A stretch of DNA of 64,000 nucleotides from an uncultured Chloroflexia bacterium (GTDB lineage: Bacteria; Chloroflexota; Limnocylindria; Limnocylindrales; CSP1-4): NCBI GenBank assembly GCA_963748625.1, contig CAVVJT010000002.1, positions 192,001-256,000 of the forward strand, in the 5' to 3' direction. Positions 13,658-25,170 of this stretch are shown here, one piece after another (position 1 is the first letter of the stretch; the number at the start of each line of letters is the position of its first letter). The notes under the pieces were generated by a model. That model was not told where the DNA came from and did no database searches. It saw nothing but the letters and a program-made list of their open reading frames with translations. A program made the position numbers and the translations under genes.

Positions 13658-16600
13658 ATGTCCGACCGCTTCCGGCCGCTCTCGATGGAGCAGCTCACGA
13701 CCTGGGCCTTCACCGAGCTCGAGCGGAAGGGCTCGGTCTTCAGCGTGCCTGTTGCGGCCGCCTTCACGCCGCGCACGGACCACCGCTTCCGGCGCCGCGA
13801 GCTGGGCGTCGACCTGGACACGCCGTGGGGCGTCGCCGCCGGCCCGCACACCCAGATGGCCCAGAACATCGTCGCGGCATGGCTCGCGGGCGCCCGCCTC
13901 ATCGAGCTCAAGACGGTCCAGACCCTCGACGAGCTCGAGGTCAACAAGCCGTGCATCGACGTCGAGGACGAGGGCTACAACGTCGAGTGGAGCCAGGAGC
14001 TGCGCGTCCACCAGTCGTTCGACGAGTACCTGCGCGCCTGGGTGCTCGTCCACGCCCTGCACCGCGCCCTCGGGTTCCCGGGCGAGCGTCCCGGCGTCGT
14101 GTTCAACATGAGCGTTGGCTACAACCTCGAGGGCATCCAGCGGCCCAACGTGCAGTGGTACCTCGACGCCATGGCCGACGCGTCGGCCTGGCTACCGGCG
14201 TACATCGACGTCGTCGCCCGTTTGTTCCCCGGCGTCCGGGACATCGACATCCCGGCCCGCATCTCGGACTCCGTGACGCTCTCGACCATGCACGGCTGCC
14301 CGCCCGACGAGATCGAGCGGATCTCGCAGTACCTCATCGAGGACCGGGGCCTGCACACGACGGTGAAGTGCAACCCGACGCTGCTGGGCGCGGAGCGGGT
14401 CCGCGGGATCGTGAACGATGCGCTCGGCTACCGCGATGTCCCGATCCCCGACGAGGCCTTCGGCCATGACCTCCGCTGGGAGGACGCCGTCCCGATGTTC
14501 ATGCGGCTGCGGGCGGCCGCCGCCGGACGGGGGGTCGCCTTCGGGCTGAAGCTGTCGAACACGCTCGAGGTGCGCAACTGGCGCGGTGCCTTCGACCGCG
14601 ACCCGACGATGTACCTCTCTGGCCGGCCGCTGCATGCGGTGACCGTCAACCTGGCGGCCCGGATCAGCGACGCCTTCGAGGGGTCGATGCCGCTCTCGTT
14701 CGCGGGCGGGGCGGATGCCTTCAACGTGCCGGACCTGCTGGCGAGCGGCCTGCGCACGATCACGGTCTGCTCCGACCTGCTCAAGACCGGCGGCTACCTG
14801 CGCCTGCTCCAGTACCCGCGCGAGGTGGACGCGGCGTTCGACGCGGTCGGTGCGACGGGCATCGATGACTTCGTGCGCCGGCGCGCCGTCGCGGGCGGGC
14901 TCGTCGATCAGTCAGCGGACACCATCGCCTGCACGCGGGCCAACCTGCGCGCCTACGCCTCGCGAGTCACCACCGACCCGCGGTACGCGAAGGCCACCTT
15001 CTCCACGGGCCACTCGAAGACCACGCGCGCACTCGGCGCCTTCGACTGCATCGCCGCGCCGTGCCTGGACGAGTGCCCGGTGGACCAGCAGGTGCCGCGC
15101 TACATGCGGGCCGTGCGCGAGGGCGACCTCGCCGAGGCCGCCCGGATCACCCGCCTCGACAACCCGCTGCCGGCGATCCTGGGCCGGGTCTGCGACCACC
15201 ACTGCGAGCACACCTGCGTCCGGACGCACCTCGACGAGCCGCTCGCGATCCGCCAGGTGAAGCGATTCATCATGGACGCCCAAGCCGACGGCACGGCCCC
15301 CGGGCAGCCGCCCGCACCGGACGCCCCACGGGTCGCGATCGTCGGGGCCGGCCCTGCCGGGCTCGCCGCGGCGGAGTGGCTCACGCGCGCGGGCGCCGCA
15401 GTCACCATCCTCGAGGAGCACCCGTACCCGGGCGGCATGGTCGGCGGGGCGATCCCGGCCTATCGCCTGCCGCAGGCGCAGATCGCGCAGGACATCGCGA
15501 TCCTGGAGCGCCTCGGCGTGGAGTTCCGGTATGGCGTCCGCGTCGGGCGCGACGTGACCGTGGCCGGCCTCCTCGGCGACGGCTTCAGTGCCATCTTCGT
15601 GGCGGTCGGGGCGCAGCAGGGCAAGCGCCTCGGGCTGCCGGGCGAGGATGCCGCGGGCGTGCTCGATGGCGTCGACTTCCTGCGCCTCGTGCGCGAGGGC
15701 CGCCCGCCCGTCGTGGGGCCGCGGGTCGGCGTGGTGGGGGCCGGCGACACCGCCATGGACTGCGCCCGCTCGGCGCGCCGGGCAGGGGCCACGCACGTCC
15801 AGCTCGTCTACCGGCGCACCATCGACGCCATGCCGGCCGACCGCGAGGAGGTCGCGGCGCTCCGCGAGGAAGGCATCGAGGTCGTGGAGCTCGCCCGGCC
15901 AGTCGGCCTGCACGTGGAGGACGAGCGCCTCACCGGGCTCGTCGTGCGCAGGACCGCCTACGACGGGACGCGCGACGCGTCGGGGCGCAAGGTGCCGCGT
16001 GACGTCCCGGACTCGGACACCGAGCTCCCGCTGGACTCCCTGATCCTGGCGATCAGCCAGTCACCGGTGCTCGACCTGTTCGGGGACCTGGCGCCGGAGC
16101 TGACGCAGGCCGGGTTCGTCGGGACCGACCCGGAGTCGCTGGCGACGTCGATCCCGGGGGTCTGGGCGGGCGGTGACGTCGCGGCTCATGGCCCCGCGTC
16201 CATCGTCAAGGCGGCGGCGGACGGCAAGCGGGCGGCCGCATCGATCGCCCGGTACCTGGGGCTGTCGTCCGGGACGGAGCTGCCGGCGGCGGCGGGCTAC
16301 CGCGACACCGGCGATCTCGATGTGAGTGCGCTCACCGTTCGCCGGGCGCAGCGCGCGTACCGCGTCCCGGTTCGCGCCACCGACCTGGCCAGCCGCAGCG
16401 GCTTCGACGAGACCGCCCTCCCCTACACCGCCGACGAGGCGCGACGCGAGGCCGCCCGCTGCCTCGACTGCGACACCTTGTGCAGCCTGTGCGTCGGCGT
16501 CTGCCCGAACCTGGCCCTCCTGACCTACGAGGTGGCGCCGATGCGGGCGGAGGTGCCGGTGCTGACGCAGGGTGATTGGGCGTTCGTGCCGGCAGGGACC

Positions 16601-17091
16601 CGGCCCTTCGCCCTGGCCCAGCGGTTCCAGGTGGCCGTCCTTGCCGACCTGTGCAACGAGTGCGGCACCTGCGTCACGGCTTGCCCGACCGCCGGCCGGC
16701 CGTACACCGACAAGCCGCGCCTGTACGTGGACGCCGCAGACTTCGCCGCAGAGACCGACAACGCGTTCCGGCTCCTCGGCGACTCGGCGATCGAAGGACG
16801 CTTCGGCGGGGCGACCCATCGCCTCGACCGGCGGCCCGGCGAGCCCACCTGCGTCTACTGGGCGCCAGGCATGCGCGCCGTCCTCGACGCGACGACGCTC
16901 GCCGTGCTCGAGGTCGAGGTGACCGGGCCTGCAGAGCAGGGTGAGCGGTCGCTGGAGCCGGCGGCCGTCCTCACCGCGCTCCTCGCCGGGATCTCGGGTT
17001 CCGCGTCACACCTGCCGACTGGGGAGGAGCCCATCGTGGGCGAGACCGGGGCGGCACGCGGATCGCCGCGCCGGTGCTGCCTGCCGGCTGA
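13658..17091 (+). CDS. ygfK: YgfK-like Fe-S flavoprotein oxidoreductase ('putative selenate reductase subunit'); probable true stop 17091 after a frameshift near 17050 (track ORF runs to 17245)
   Basis: GVAAGPHTQMAQNIVAAWLAGARLIELKTVQ, KLSNTL, MYLSG, GAGPAG, GAGDTAMD, CLDCDTLCSLCVGVCPN, CNECGTC..CP. Confidence 0.9.
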
Positions 17092-17110
17092 TCGCCAAGC
17101 GGGTGAGCCC

Positions 17111-17261
17111 GCACACCCGGCGCGCACACGGGGCGGTTACGTCGCTTGTTGCGCGCCCGCTGCGCCACCCGTGCGCTCCGGCAGGGTCGCGACGGCACGA
17201 CCTGCGCACCAGCCGCGCATCGAGCGCGCTGACCGCACGGTGTGACCGGCTGGCGCGCAGC
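17111..17261 (+). repeat. Dispersed ~150-bp non-coding repeat, copy A
   Basis: Aligns over its length with the reverse complement of 32990-33151, including 34 identical nt (17194-17227). Confidence 0.85.
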
Positions 17262-17325
17262 TCGTCACTCGCTGCCTGCGCCGTCCGGCAACGCACGCCC
17301 TGACCGAGCTGACGCCGGCACTCCG

Positions 17326-17826
17326 TCAGTAGGGCGTCCGGCCCTCGAGCCTGATCCACTCCCGGAACAGCTCGGCACCGGCGTCGGCGGCCGCCTGCGT
17401 GATCGGGAGGGAGCGCGCGTCCATCGGCAAGACCAGCTCGCGGTAGAGGAACTCGTCGTCGAAGCCGCCGGCCGCCGCGTCCACGCGCGATGCGGCGAAC
17501 ACGATTCCGTCCAGTCGGGCCCAGTACGCGGCGGCCAGGCACATCGGGCAGGGCTCGCAGCTCGTGTAGAGGATGTGGCCCGAGAGGATGAACGAGCCCA
17601 GCACGGCACACGCGGCCCGGATGGCCGTGATCTCCGCGTGGGCCGTAGGGTCGTTGGTGGAGGTGACCTCGTTGCAACCCTCCGCCACGATCGCCCCGTC
17701 CGTGCTGGCGACCAGCGCGCCGAACGGCCCGCCACGCCGGGCGAGCATGCCGTCACGGCCGATCGCGATGGCCTGCAGCAGCAGCGCTTCGGTGATGTCC
17801 GGGGTCTCGTCGGCGACGGTGCGCAT
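17326..17826 (-). CDS. guaD: Cytidine-deaminase-fold guanine/nucleoside deaminase
   Basis: GGPFGA, NDPTAHAE, YTSCEPCPMCLAAAYWA, GFDDEFLY, C-terminal PY; GAGGAGG SD; purine-cluster context. Confidence 0.8.
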   Translation of the reverse strand: MRTVADETPDITEALLLQAIAIGRDGMLARRGGPFGALVASTDGAIVAEGCNEVTSTNDPTAHAEITAIRAACAVLGSFILSGHILYTSCEPCPMCLAAAYWARLDGIVFAASRVDAAAGGFDDEFLYRELVLPMDARSLPITQAAADAGAELFREWIRLEGRTPY

Positions 17827-18026
17827 GTCCCCCTCCTCGTGCGTGTGAGGTCGGGCCGGGTCGGCCAGCCGGGTCACGATGCACGGCGCCGGCGCGAGGC
17901 GGACAGTGGCAGTCGGCCCCCGATCACCCGCCGGTCGTCACCGGCCCGGGGACCGCGTGCGCCAGCGATCGCCACGGTCGGTCGCTGCCATCGCTCCGGC
18001 GGCCCGTCCCGTCGCCGTTGGCATGC

Positions 18027-19136
18027 TCACGGCGTGGGTCGGAACCTCGGGTGGACACCGGCCATGTACCCGCTGCTCGTGGCGGGTTGCGGGTCGCTCC
18101 CATCGGCTGCGACGGTCGCCATGACCCCGTCGCCACCCGCGACGCTGCCGGTGACGAAGGCGATCCGGCTCCCGTCCGGAGTCCAGTCCGGCTGGACGGC
18201 GTATGCATCCTGGTCCGCGTAGTGCGTGAGGCGCGTCAGGCCGGTCCCGTCGGGCTTGATCGTCCACAGGTCGGCCTCGGCATCGAAGTTGGCGGGGTCC
18301 TCGGGCCGGAAGAAGACGATCCGGCTGCCGTCCGGGCTCCAGTCCGGGTTCGCAGGCCAGTAGGACGGGTCGGTGATGACCTTGGCCTTGGGCTTGGCGG
18401 CAGCCGCGTCGACGATGGCGAGCGCCACGCCGTCCAGGTCGTCGAAGGGGGCGCCCTCGCGGCGGTGGATGTACTCCACGACGAGGTGGCGGCTGTCCGG
18501 CGCCCATCGCGGGGCGCCGAAGAAGCGATCATCGGGCGCCTGCAGGACGACCCGTGTCGTGCGCGTGGCGAGGTCGAACAGCTCCACCGTGGACACCCAT
18601 GTGCCATCGACGAGGGCCTGCCGGTGGAACGCGATCGTCGCCCCGTCGGGCGACCAGGCGGGCTCGTCGGCGACTGAGCAGGCACCGCACACGACGATGT
18701 GCTCCGGGTTGCCGCCGTCGGCGTCGGTGATCCAGAGATCGCGTGCGGCTGCGCCCATGACGCTGAACACGAGCCGGCTGCCGTCAGGCGACCAGTCCGG
18801 GTGGAGCTGCTCGGTGCCCTCGACGGTGTCGGTGGGGAAGAAGAGCCCGCTGCCGTCCGGGCGGACGAGGCGGACGCCGTAGTCGCGTCCTTCACCGTCC
18901 TGGAAGGCGAGCCAGGACTCGCCGGCCCCAACCGTCGGTCGCGGCGTGGCGGTCGGGTCTGGCCGCGTGGTCGCCACCCCGGTGGGGGAGGGCGCCGCGT
19001 TCGCTGTCGGGGCACTGGTGGCCGGCACCGATTCGACCGGCACCGAGCGGACGGGCGCAACCGCGCCAGACGATCCGCATGCGGCCACGATGACCGCAGC
19101 GACGAGGAATGCGGGGACGAGGGACGCGCGGATCAC
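18027..19136 (-). CDS. Lipoprotein with TolB/PD40-like beta-propeller
   Basis: Lipobox VAAC; repeated PDWSPDG/PAWSPDG/PRWAPDS; GTG start overlaps the upstream stop. Confidence 0.8.
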   Translation of the reverse strand: MIRASLVPAFLVAAVIVAACGSSGAVAPVRSVPVESVPATSAPTANAAPSPTGVATTRPDPTATPRPTVGAGESWLAFQDGEGRDYGVRLVRPDGSGLFFPTDTVEGTEQLHPDWSPDGSRLVFSVMGAAARDLWITDADGGNPEHIVVCGACSVADEPAWSPDGATIAFHRQALVDGTWVSTVELFDLATRTTRVVLQAPDDRFFGAPRWAPDSRHLVVEYIHRREGAPFDDLDGVALAIVDAAAAKPKAKVITDPSYWPANPDWSPDGSRIVFFRPEDPANFDAEADLWTIKPDGTGLTRLTHYADQDAYAVQPDWTPDGSRIAFVTGSVAGGDGVMATVAADGSDPQPATSSGYMAGVHPRFRPTP

Positions 19137-20530
19137 GGGGACACCTCCGACAACCACTGCAAGCACGGTCCGCCGGTTCCGCTGACCGGGAACGACGATT
19201 CCTCGGGAACGGTGAACAGGCGCACCGGTTCGGATGCGGTCCACGGGTCGTAGACCAGGACCTCGGGCGGTCCGGCGCCCGCAGAGGGTTCGAGGACCGA
19301 CAAGGCACTCCTGTCCGGCGACCACGCGAGGGTCGAGCCCCCGAACCGTCGAACCTCCATCGTCCCGGTCGGCACATCGAGAACCGTCAGGACCGAGCCG
19401 TTGACCACCCCCGCCTTGCGGCCATCGGGTGCCATCGCGAAGGTCGTTGGGGAGTTCGGGCCTGCCAGCGGCGTGCGCTGCCACGTCCCGCCGTCGGTGT
19501 CCACGAACCACAGGCTCCCGTCCGCCCAGACCGCGATGCGCGTGGCGTCAGGGGACCACGCCTGGACCACCAGGTCCGCGGTGTCCGGCACACCCGGCGG
19601 GTGGCTAAGCCACGTGAGCTGACCGGACTCGGTCGAGACCCAACCGACCTGGGTCATGCCGGCGTCGGTGCTCGCGAACGCGACGGCGCTGTTGCCGGGC
19701 GCCCAGGCGACGCCGACGATCGGGTCGACGGGGGTCGGGGTGATGCCGGGAACGTCGGTGAGCGCACGGGACGCGCCCGTGCCGACGTCCAGGACGCTGA
19801 GCCGGTTGCGGGGCGTCCTACCGCCCGTGTCCGGGTAGGTCACCAGCAGGAACGAGCGTCCGTCGGGCGAGAAGTTCCCATCGAACATGGGGTAGCCGTC
19901 GGTGGTCACCGGAATGTCTTGGAGGTCCACGGCGACCTTCAACTGCGCCGGGTGCTCGACATCGTTCCCGGGGACCGTCACGAACGTCACGGTCCCATGG
20001 GTCCAGTCGACGAGCGCCAGCACCCTGTTGTCAGCAGACCAGCGCTCGCCGCCTGCGTAGTTCGTACTGATCGGCTCGGAGACGCCGCCGTCGAAGCCGG
20101 TGAACGTGATGCCCTTGAACCGGATGTCGGCGACGACCGCGTCGGCATTGCCGACGGCGCGGGGGCATCCGCGGACGCGGACCTCGCGCGCGACGGCCCT
20201 GTCACCGTCGATCGTGAGCAGGTGGCTTGGCCCGGTCGGGTACGTCACCAGGATCCGGCCGCCACCCCCGAGCGGTCCGTCCGGGGTGAGCAGCGAGCCC
20301 GCGAGCAGCGCGGAGCCGGCCAGGAGCAGCATGAGCAGCCCGACGGCTGCGGCAAGCAGGAGCGGGCGCGGCACGGTCGGGAGGCGGAGCGCGCGGACTG
20401 GATGACGGCCTCCCGTTGTCGTCACCTCCGCCACGAGCGCCCGGGCATCCAGGCCGATCGGCGCGCCGGCCGCGGCGAACCGGTCGAACGCGTCCTGCAG
20501 GCGGTCCTCGAAGGTCTTGGGGTCACGCAT
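19133..20530 (-). CDS. Putative anti-sigma membrane protein with extracytoplasmic beta-propeller
   Basis: Short N-terminal helix (FEDRLQDAFDRFA), one TM segment, then WSAD/FSPDG/WSPD repeats; overlaps the ECF sigma gene. Confidence 0.65.
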   Translation of the reverse strand: MRDPKTFEDRLQDAFDRFAAAGAPIGLDARALVAEVTTTGGRHPVRALRLPTVPRPLLLAAAVGLLMLLLAGSALLAGSLLTPDGPLGGGGRILVTYPTGPSHLLTIDGDRAVAREVRVRGCPRAVGNADAVVADIRFKGITFTGFDGGVSEPISTNYAGGERWSADNRVLALVDWTHGTVTFVTVPGNDVEHPAQLKVAVDLQDIPVTTDGYPMFDGNFSPDGRSFLLVTYPDTGGRTPRNRLSVLDVGTGASRALTDVPGITPTPVDPIVGVAWAPGNSAVAFASTDAGMTQVGWVSTESGQLTWLSHPPGVPDTADLVVQAWSPDATRIAVWADGSLWFVDTDGGTWQRTPLAGPNSPTTFAMAPDGRKAGVVNGSVLTVLDVPTGTMEVRRFGGSTLAWSPDRSALSVLEPSAGAGPPEVLVYDPWTASEPVRLFTVPEESSFPVSGTGGPCLQWLSEVSP

Positions 20531-21068
20531 GGTCGAGCTCCGTTCGGAGACGCTCGATGAGCCGGGAGAGGCGGCTGCGCACGCCCGACGGGGAGAGGCG
20601 GAGCTGGGCGGCGATCTCGACCGAGTCGAGGCCCCCGGCGAACCGGAGCGCCAGCAGCGCCCGATCGTCCGGCTTGAGGCCTGCCAGGGCGCGGGCCAGG
20701 TCCACGTGGCTGATCCGGTCTGCCGGGTCGCCCTCGCCGGACACCTCGAGGCTCGAGCTGATGTCCACCACGACGTGGCGGCGCCCGCGGCGGACGGCCT
20801 GGCGGGCCTCGTTGGCGGCGATCGCGATCAGCCAGGCCCGGACCTGCCCGTGATCGCGCAGCGTCGGCAGCCGGCGCCATGCAACAGCCCACGCAGCCTG
20901 GACGGCATCGCGCGCCACCTCCGCGTCGCCGCAGATCGCGTACGCGACCTTGGCCATCGACGCGTGGTGGCGGACGACGAGCCGCTCGAAGGCAACGGCA
21001 TCACCGCCTGCCGCAAGGCTGACGGTCGGGTCGACTGTCCGTGGATCGGCGATCGTGAGGTCGCTCAT
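20523..21068 (-). CDS. ECF-type RNA polymerase sigma factor
   Basis: GDAVAFERLV, ARDAVQAAW, RAWLIAIAANEAR, region 4 EIAAQLRLSPSGVRSRLSR. Confidence 0.9.
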   Translation of the reverse strand: MSDLTIADPRTVDPTVSLAAGGDAVAFERLVVRHHASMAKVAYAICGDAEVARDAVQAAWAVAWRRLPTLRDHGQVRAWLIAIAANEARQAVRRGRRHVVVDISSSLEVSGEGDPADRISHVDLARALAGLKPDDRALLALRFAGGLDSVEIAAQLRLSPSGVRSRLSRLIERLRTELDHA

Positions 21069-21143
21069 GAGAGGTAGATGTCTGCCGGGGAGCAAGTGTC
21101 CCAGAGCGGTGCAACGGGTCGGCGTTCGCGGGTGGTCCGCGTG

Positions 21144-22074
21144 TCACGCCCGGGCGCGGGCCACCGACTCGGCGAGCCGGGCCACGTCGTCCAGGCCCAG
21201 CGCACCCAGCCACGCCGCCATCCGCTCCGGATCGTGCCCGCCCACACGCCCGGCATCCGGGTCAAACGCGGGCGTCAGCGGCGCCCCGCGCTGGAGCGTG
21301 GCCAGCTCGAGACACCGGAACGCGTCCTCGCGGCCGGCGATGAGGCGGTTGCGGACCCCGGTCGCCTCGACCTCGTCGAGGTGCTCGATAGATGCCCGCG
21401 ACCGAGCCGAACCGCTGGACGAGCTCCGGTGCGACCGACGGCCCGATCCCACGCACGCCCCCGTAGCTGTCCGTGGCATCACCGATGAGCGCCTTCACGT
21501 CCGCCACCTGGGCTGGCGCCACCCGGTACGGGCTGCGGTCAGCCACGCCTGCCGGGTCGAAGCGGTCCACGCCGCCACCGGACTTGGGGGCCAGCACGTG
21601 CACCCGATCGCTCACGATGCCCAGCAGGTCGTGGTCGGCGGTGAGCAGGAGCACCTCGTCGAAGCCCGCATCCACAGCCGCATCGGCGACGCCGGCCATC
21701 GCGTCGTCCGCCTCCCAGCCCTCCGTCCGGTAGCGTGCCCAGCCCATCCGGCCCGCCGCAATGTTGGCATCGCGCAGCTGGGGCCCGAGGTCGTCCGGCG
21801 CGGACGTGGTCCGCGGCTTGTAGGACGGGTCGATCTCGCGGCGCCGGGAGCCTGTCGTGCTCTCGAACGCGAGCGCCACGTGCGTGGCCTGCTCCTCGCG
21901 GATCCGCGCCAGCACCAGGCGCAGGAACGTGGCCACCAGGTACACCGGCCGTCCGTCGGGGGCGGTGACCGGCCGGGAGCGCCCGGCGAAGTAGGCGCGA
22001 TGGGCGAGGTTGGCGAAATCGACGACGAGCAGGCGGCGCATCGACGGCGCCGGCTCGAGCGCGTCGGTGGTCAT
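21144..22074 (-). CDS. Stand-alone 5'-3' exonuclease/flap endonuclease (PolI N-terminal-like); apparent frameshift near 21385
   Basis: LLVVDFANLAHRAYFA, YK, GWEADDAM, LTADHDLL, H3TH motif ALIGDATDSYGGVRGIGP. Confidence 0.85.
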
Positions 22075-22196
22075 CGGGTGCCCGGGTGCCGCATCCCGCG
22101 ATGGTAGCGGTCGTCCAGCGACCGGCTGCCCGCGGGGAGGGCCATACTGGTGGCACACGGCGGCGCGACGGATGTCGCCGGGGCGGGCCGGGTGCA

Positions 22197-25004
22197 ATGA
22201 CGAGCAGTGACCAGCGGGCGGACCCGTCGATCAACGAGGCAGCGGACATCGCGGCGGCCCTGGACGTGGATCCGCTGGTCGGCCTGACCGGCGCGGAGGC
22301 CGCGGCACGGCTCGCCCGCGACGGCCCCAACGAGCTCCGCGTCAAGCCGCCCATCCCGGTGTGGCGCAAGATCCTGGCCCAGTTCCAGGATCCGCTCGTC
22401 TACCTGCTGCTGGTCGCGATCGTCGTGTCGCTGGTCGCGTGGCTCGCCGAGGGGGCGCAGGGTGCCCCCGTGGACGTGATCGTGATCGCGATCATCGTGG
22501 TCGCGAACGCCGCCCTCGGGTTCGCCCAGGAGCGCAGTGCCGAGAGCGCGGTGGCCGCGCTGGCCGTCATGACCGCCGCCAACTCGACCGTGCTGCGGGA
22601 CGGGTCGCTGGCCACGGTGCCGTCGGCGGGCCTCGTCCGCGGTGACATCCTGGTGCTGGCCGAAGGCGACTCGGTCGGGGCGGACGCCCGCCTGCTCACG
22701 GCGACCGGGCTGCGGATCCGCGAGTCCTCGCTGACCGGGGAGTCCGAGGCCACCGTGAAGGACCCGGCCACCCTCGCTGCGGAGGCGCCGATCGGCGACC
22801 GCCGCAACATGGTGTTCAAGGGCACGGCCGTCGTCGCGGGTGTCGGGCGCGCCGTCGTCACGGGGACCGGCATGGGCACCGAGATGGGCGCCATCGCCGA
22901 GATGCTGGAACGGACCGAGAGCTCGGACTCGCCGCTGCAGAAGGAGATCGCGTCGGTCTCGAAGGCCCTGGGCCTGATCGTCATCGGCATCGCGGCCGTG
23001 GTCATGATCGCCCTGGCGGTGATCAATGGGGTCGACTCGGTCGCGGACCTGGTGGGCATCCTGCTCATGGGTGTGTCCCTCGCCGTTGCCGCCGTGCCGG
23101 AGGGCCTGCCGGCGATCCTGTCGCTCGTGCTGGCGATCGGTGTGCGCGAGCTGGCTCGACGGAACGCCGTGATGCGCAACCTGCACGCGGTCGAGACGCT
23201 GGGCTCGGCGTCGGTGATCTGCTCGGACAAGACGGGGACGCTGACCCGCAACGAGATGACCCTGCGCGTCGTGGCGACGGCCTCGGGCGAGGTGGAGCTG
23301 ACCGGGACCGGCTACGTGCCCGCGGGCGAGGCCATCGTGCGCGGCGAGGTGGAGGACACCGTGCTGTTCGAGGCGCGACGCGTGCTCGTGGGCGGGGCCC
23401 TCGCCAACAATGCCCAGCTCTCCAGCATCGACGGGACCTGGCAGATCCAGGGCGACCCGACCGAAGCCGCCTTCCTCGTCGCCCAGCACAAGCTGGAGGG
23501 TGCGGCCGGCAGGGTCGCGGCGTACGAGCGGCAGGCGGAGGTCCCGTTCTCCTCCGAGCGCAAGATGATGTCCGTCCTCGCCCGCGACCCGCTCGGGGAG
23601 GTGACGCGCCTGTTCACCAAGGGCGCCCCGGACCTCCTCCTCGCCCGATGCGAGTCGATCCAGGTCGGCACGGACATCGTCGCCATGGACCCGACCCGGC
23701 GGACGGCCGCCCTGGCCGAGATCGAGCGCCTGTCCGGCATGGGCTATCGAACGCTCGGCGTCGCATTCCGCACGGTCGCTCCCGACGGGCGCGAGGTCGC
23801 CGGGGACGTCGACGAGGCCGCCGAGCGGGATCTCGTCTACCTCGGTGCCGTGGGCATCATCGACCCGCCGCGCGCGGAGGCGTCCGTGGCGGTCGGCGAG
23901 GCGCACCGTGCGGGGATCCGCACGATCATGATCACCGGCGACCACCCGGTGACCGCCCGCCGGATCGCGTCGGACTTCGGGATCGTGGGCCCGGATGCGC
24001 GTGCCCTCACGGGCGCCGAGCTGGACACACTCTCGGATGAGGAGTTCCGCGCCGCCGCCCGGGACGTGTCGGTCTTCGCCCGTGTCGCGCCCGCCCACAA
24101 GCTGCGCATCGTCGCAGCACTGCAGGAGGACCGCCACGTCGTGGCGATGACGGGCGACGGCGTCAACGACGCACCCGCGCTCAAGGCCGCCGACATCGGC
24201 GTGGCGATGGGCATCACCGGCACCGAGGTCACCAAGGAAGCCGCGGAGATGATCCTCGCCGACGACAACTACGCGACGATCGTGGTGGCCGTCCACCAGG
24301 GCCGGCTCATCTTCGACAACATCAGGAAGTTCCTGCGCTACCTGCTGTCGTCCAACATGGGGGAAGTCGTCACCGTCGTCTTCGGGGTCGTGTTCGCAGG
24401 GTTCCTGGGGCTGACGGCCGCCACCGGCAGCGGTGAGATCGTCGTCCCGCTGCTCGCGACGCAGATCCTCTGGATCAACCTCGTGACGGACTCCGCCCCG
24501 GCGCTCGCGATGGGCGTGGACCCCGAGATCGACGACGTCATGGCGCGCGCGCCGCGCCGGCCGGACGAGCGGATCATGGACCGCGCGATGTGGACCCGGA
24601 TCATGGTCATCGGCCTGGTGATGGGCGCGGTGACCCTGCTCACGATCGACATGTTCCTGCCCGGCGGCCTCATCCCGGGCAGCGACTCCCTGGAGGTCGC
24701 GCGCACGGCGGGCTTCACGACCCTCGTGTTCGCGCAGCTGTTCAACGCGCTCAACTCCCGCTCCGAGTCCACGAGCGCGTTCCGCGGGCTGTTCACGAAC
24801 GCGTGGCTGTGGGGCGCGCTCGCCCTGGGCGTCGTCCTGCAGGTGCTGGTCGTCCAGCTGCCGCTGCTCCAGGACGCCTTCGGCACGGCACCCCTGGATC
24901 TCGGCCACTGGGCGGCGACGATCGGGATGGCCTCGGTGGTCCTGTGGGCCGAGGAGTTGGTCAAGGCGATCCGCCGCCGGCTGACCGGAGCCCCGACCGC
25001 CTGA
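22197..25004 (+). CDS. Cation-transporting P-type ATPase (type IIA, Ca2+-like)
   Basis: TGES, VPEGL, DKTGTLT, KGAP, MITGD, TGDGVNDAPAL, QILWINLVTD. Confidence 0.95.
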   Translation: MTSSDQRADPSINEAADIAAALDVDPLVGLTGAEAAARLARDGPNELRVKPPIPVWRKILAQFQDPLVYLLLVAIVVSLVAWLAEGAQGAPVDVIVIAIIVVANAALGFAQERSAESAVAALAVMTAANSTVLRDGSLATVPSAGLVRGDILVLAEGDSVGADARLLTATGLRIRESSLTGESEATVKDPATLAAEAPIGDRRNMVFKGTAVVAGVGRAVVTGTGMGTEMGAIAEMLERTESSDSPLQKEIASVSKALGLIVIGIAAVVMIALAVINGVDSVADLVGILLMGVSLAVAAVPEGLPAILSLVLAIGVRELARRNAVMRNLHAVETLGSASVICSDKTGTLTRNEMTLRVVATASGEVELTGTGYVPAGEAIVRGEVEDTVLFEARRVLVGGALANNAQLSSIDGTWQIQGDPTEAAFLVAQHKLEGAAGRVAAYERQAEVPFSSERKMMSVLARDPLGEVTRLFTKGAPDLLLARCESIQVGTDIVAMDPTRRTAALAEIERLSGMGYRTLGVAFRTVAPDGREVAGDVDEAAERDLVYLGAVGIIDPPRAEASVAVGEAHRAGIRTIMITGDHPVTARRIASDFGIVGPDARALTGAELDTLSDEEFRAAARDVSVFARVAPAHKLRIVAALQEDRHVVAMTGDGVNDAPALKAADIGVAMGITGTEVTKEAAEMILADDNYATIVVAVHQGRLIFDNIRKFLRYLLSSNMGEVVTVVFGVVFAGFLGLTAATGSGEIVVPLLATQILWINLVTDSAPALAMGVDPEIDDVMARAPRRPDERIMDRAMWTRIMVIGLVMGAVTLLTIDMFLPGGLIPGSDSLEVARTAGFTTLVFAQLFNALNSRSESTSAFRGLFTNAWLWGALALGVVLQVLVVQLPLLQDAFGTAPLDLGHWAATIGMASVVLWAEELVKAIRRRLTGAPTA

Positions 25005-25040
25005 CGCGCGATCGGGCACGAACCGCCTGACGCGCGATCG
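24996..25040 (+). repeat. 19-bp direct repeat (ACCGCCTGACGCGCGATCG) duplicating the ATPase stop region
   Basis: Copies at 24996-25014 and 25022-25040. Confidence 0.85.
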
Positions 25041-25170
25041 CGGCCGACCGGCGGCCCTGCTGGTGGCAGTGGACGTGTTCCAGGATGCCCTCGACCGAGC
25101 CGAGAACCTGGTGGAGGTTGTCATCTAGCGTCGGCCCGGCGCCAGATCCGGGGCTCCTCTGCACAGGCAG

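Noticed and set aside
17092-17245. C-terminal extension of YgfK
   Set aside because: The region is the dispersed repeat; a 1-nt shift near 17050 gives a natural stop at 17091.
17827-18026. Purine riboswitch upstream of the guanine deaminase
   Set aside because: I could not find the conserved purine-riboswitch core; an Rfam scan would be needed.
22071-25124. 1017-aa minus-strand ORF and similar long antisense ORFs (e.g. 57826..60096, 11766..13625, 43760..45559)
   Set aside because: Shadow frames of well-supported genes in high-GC DNA; no motifs.
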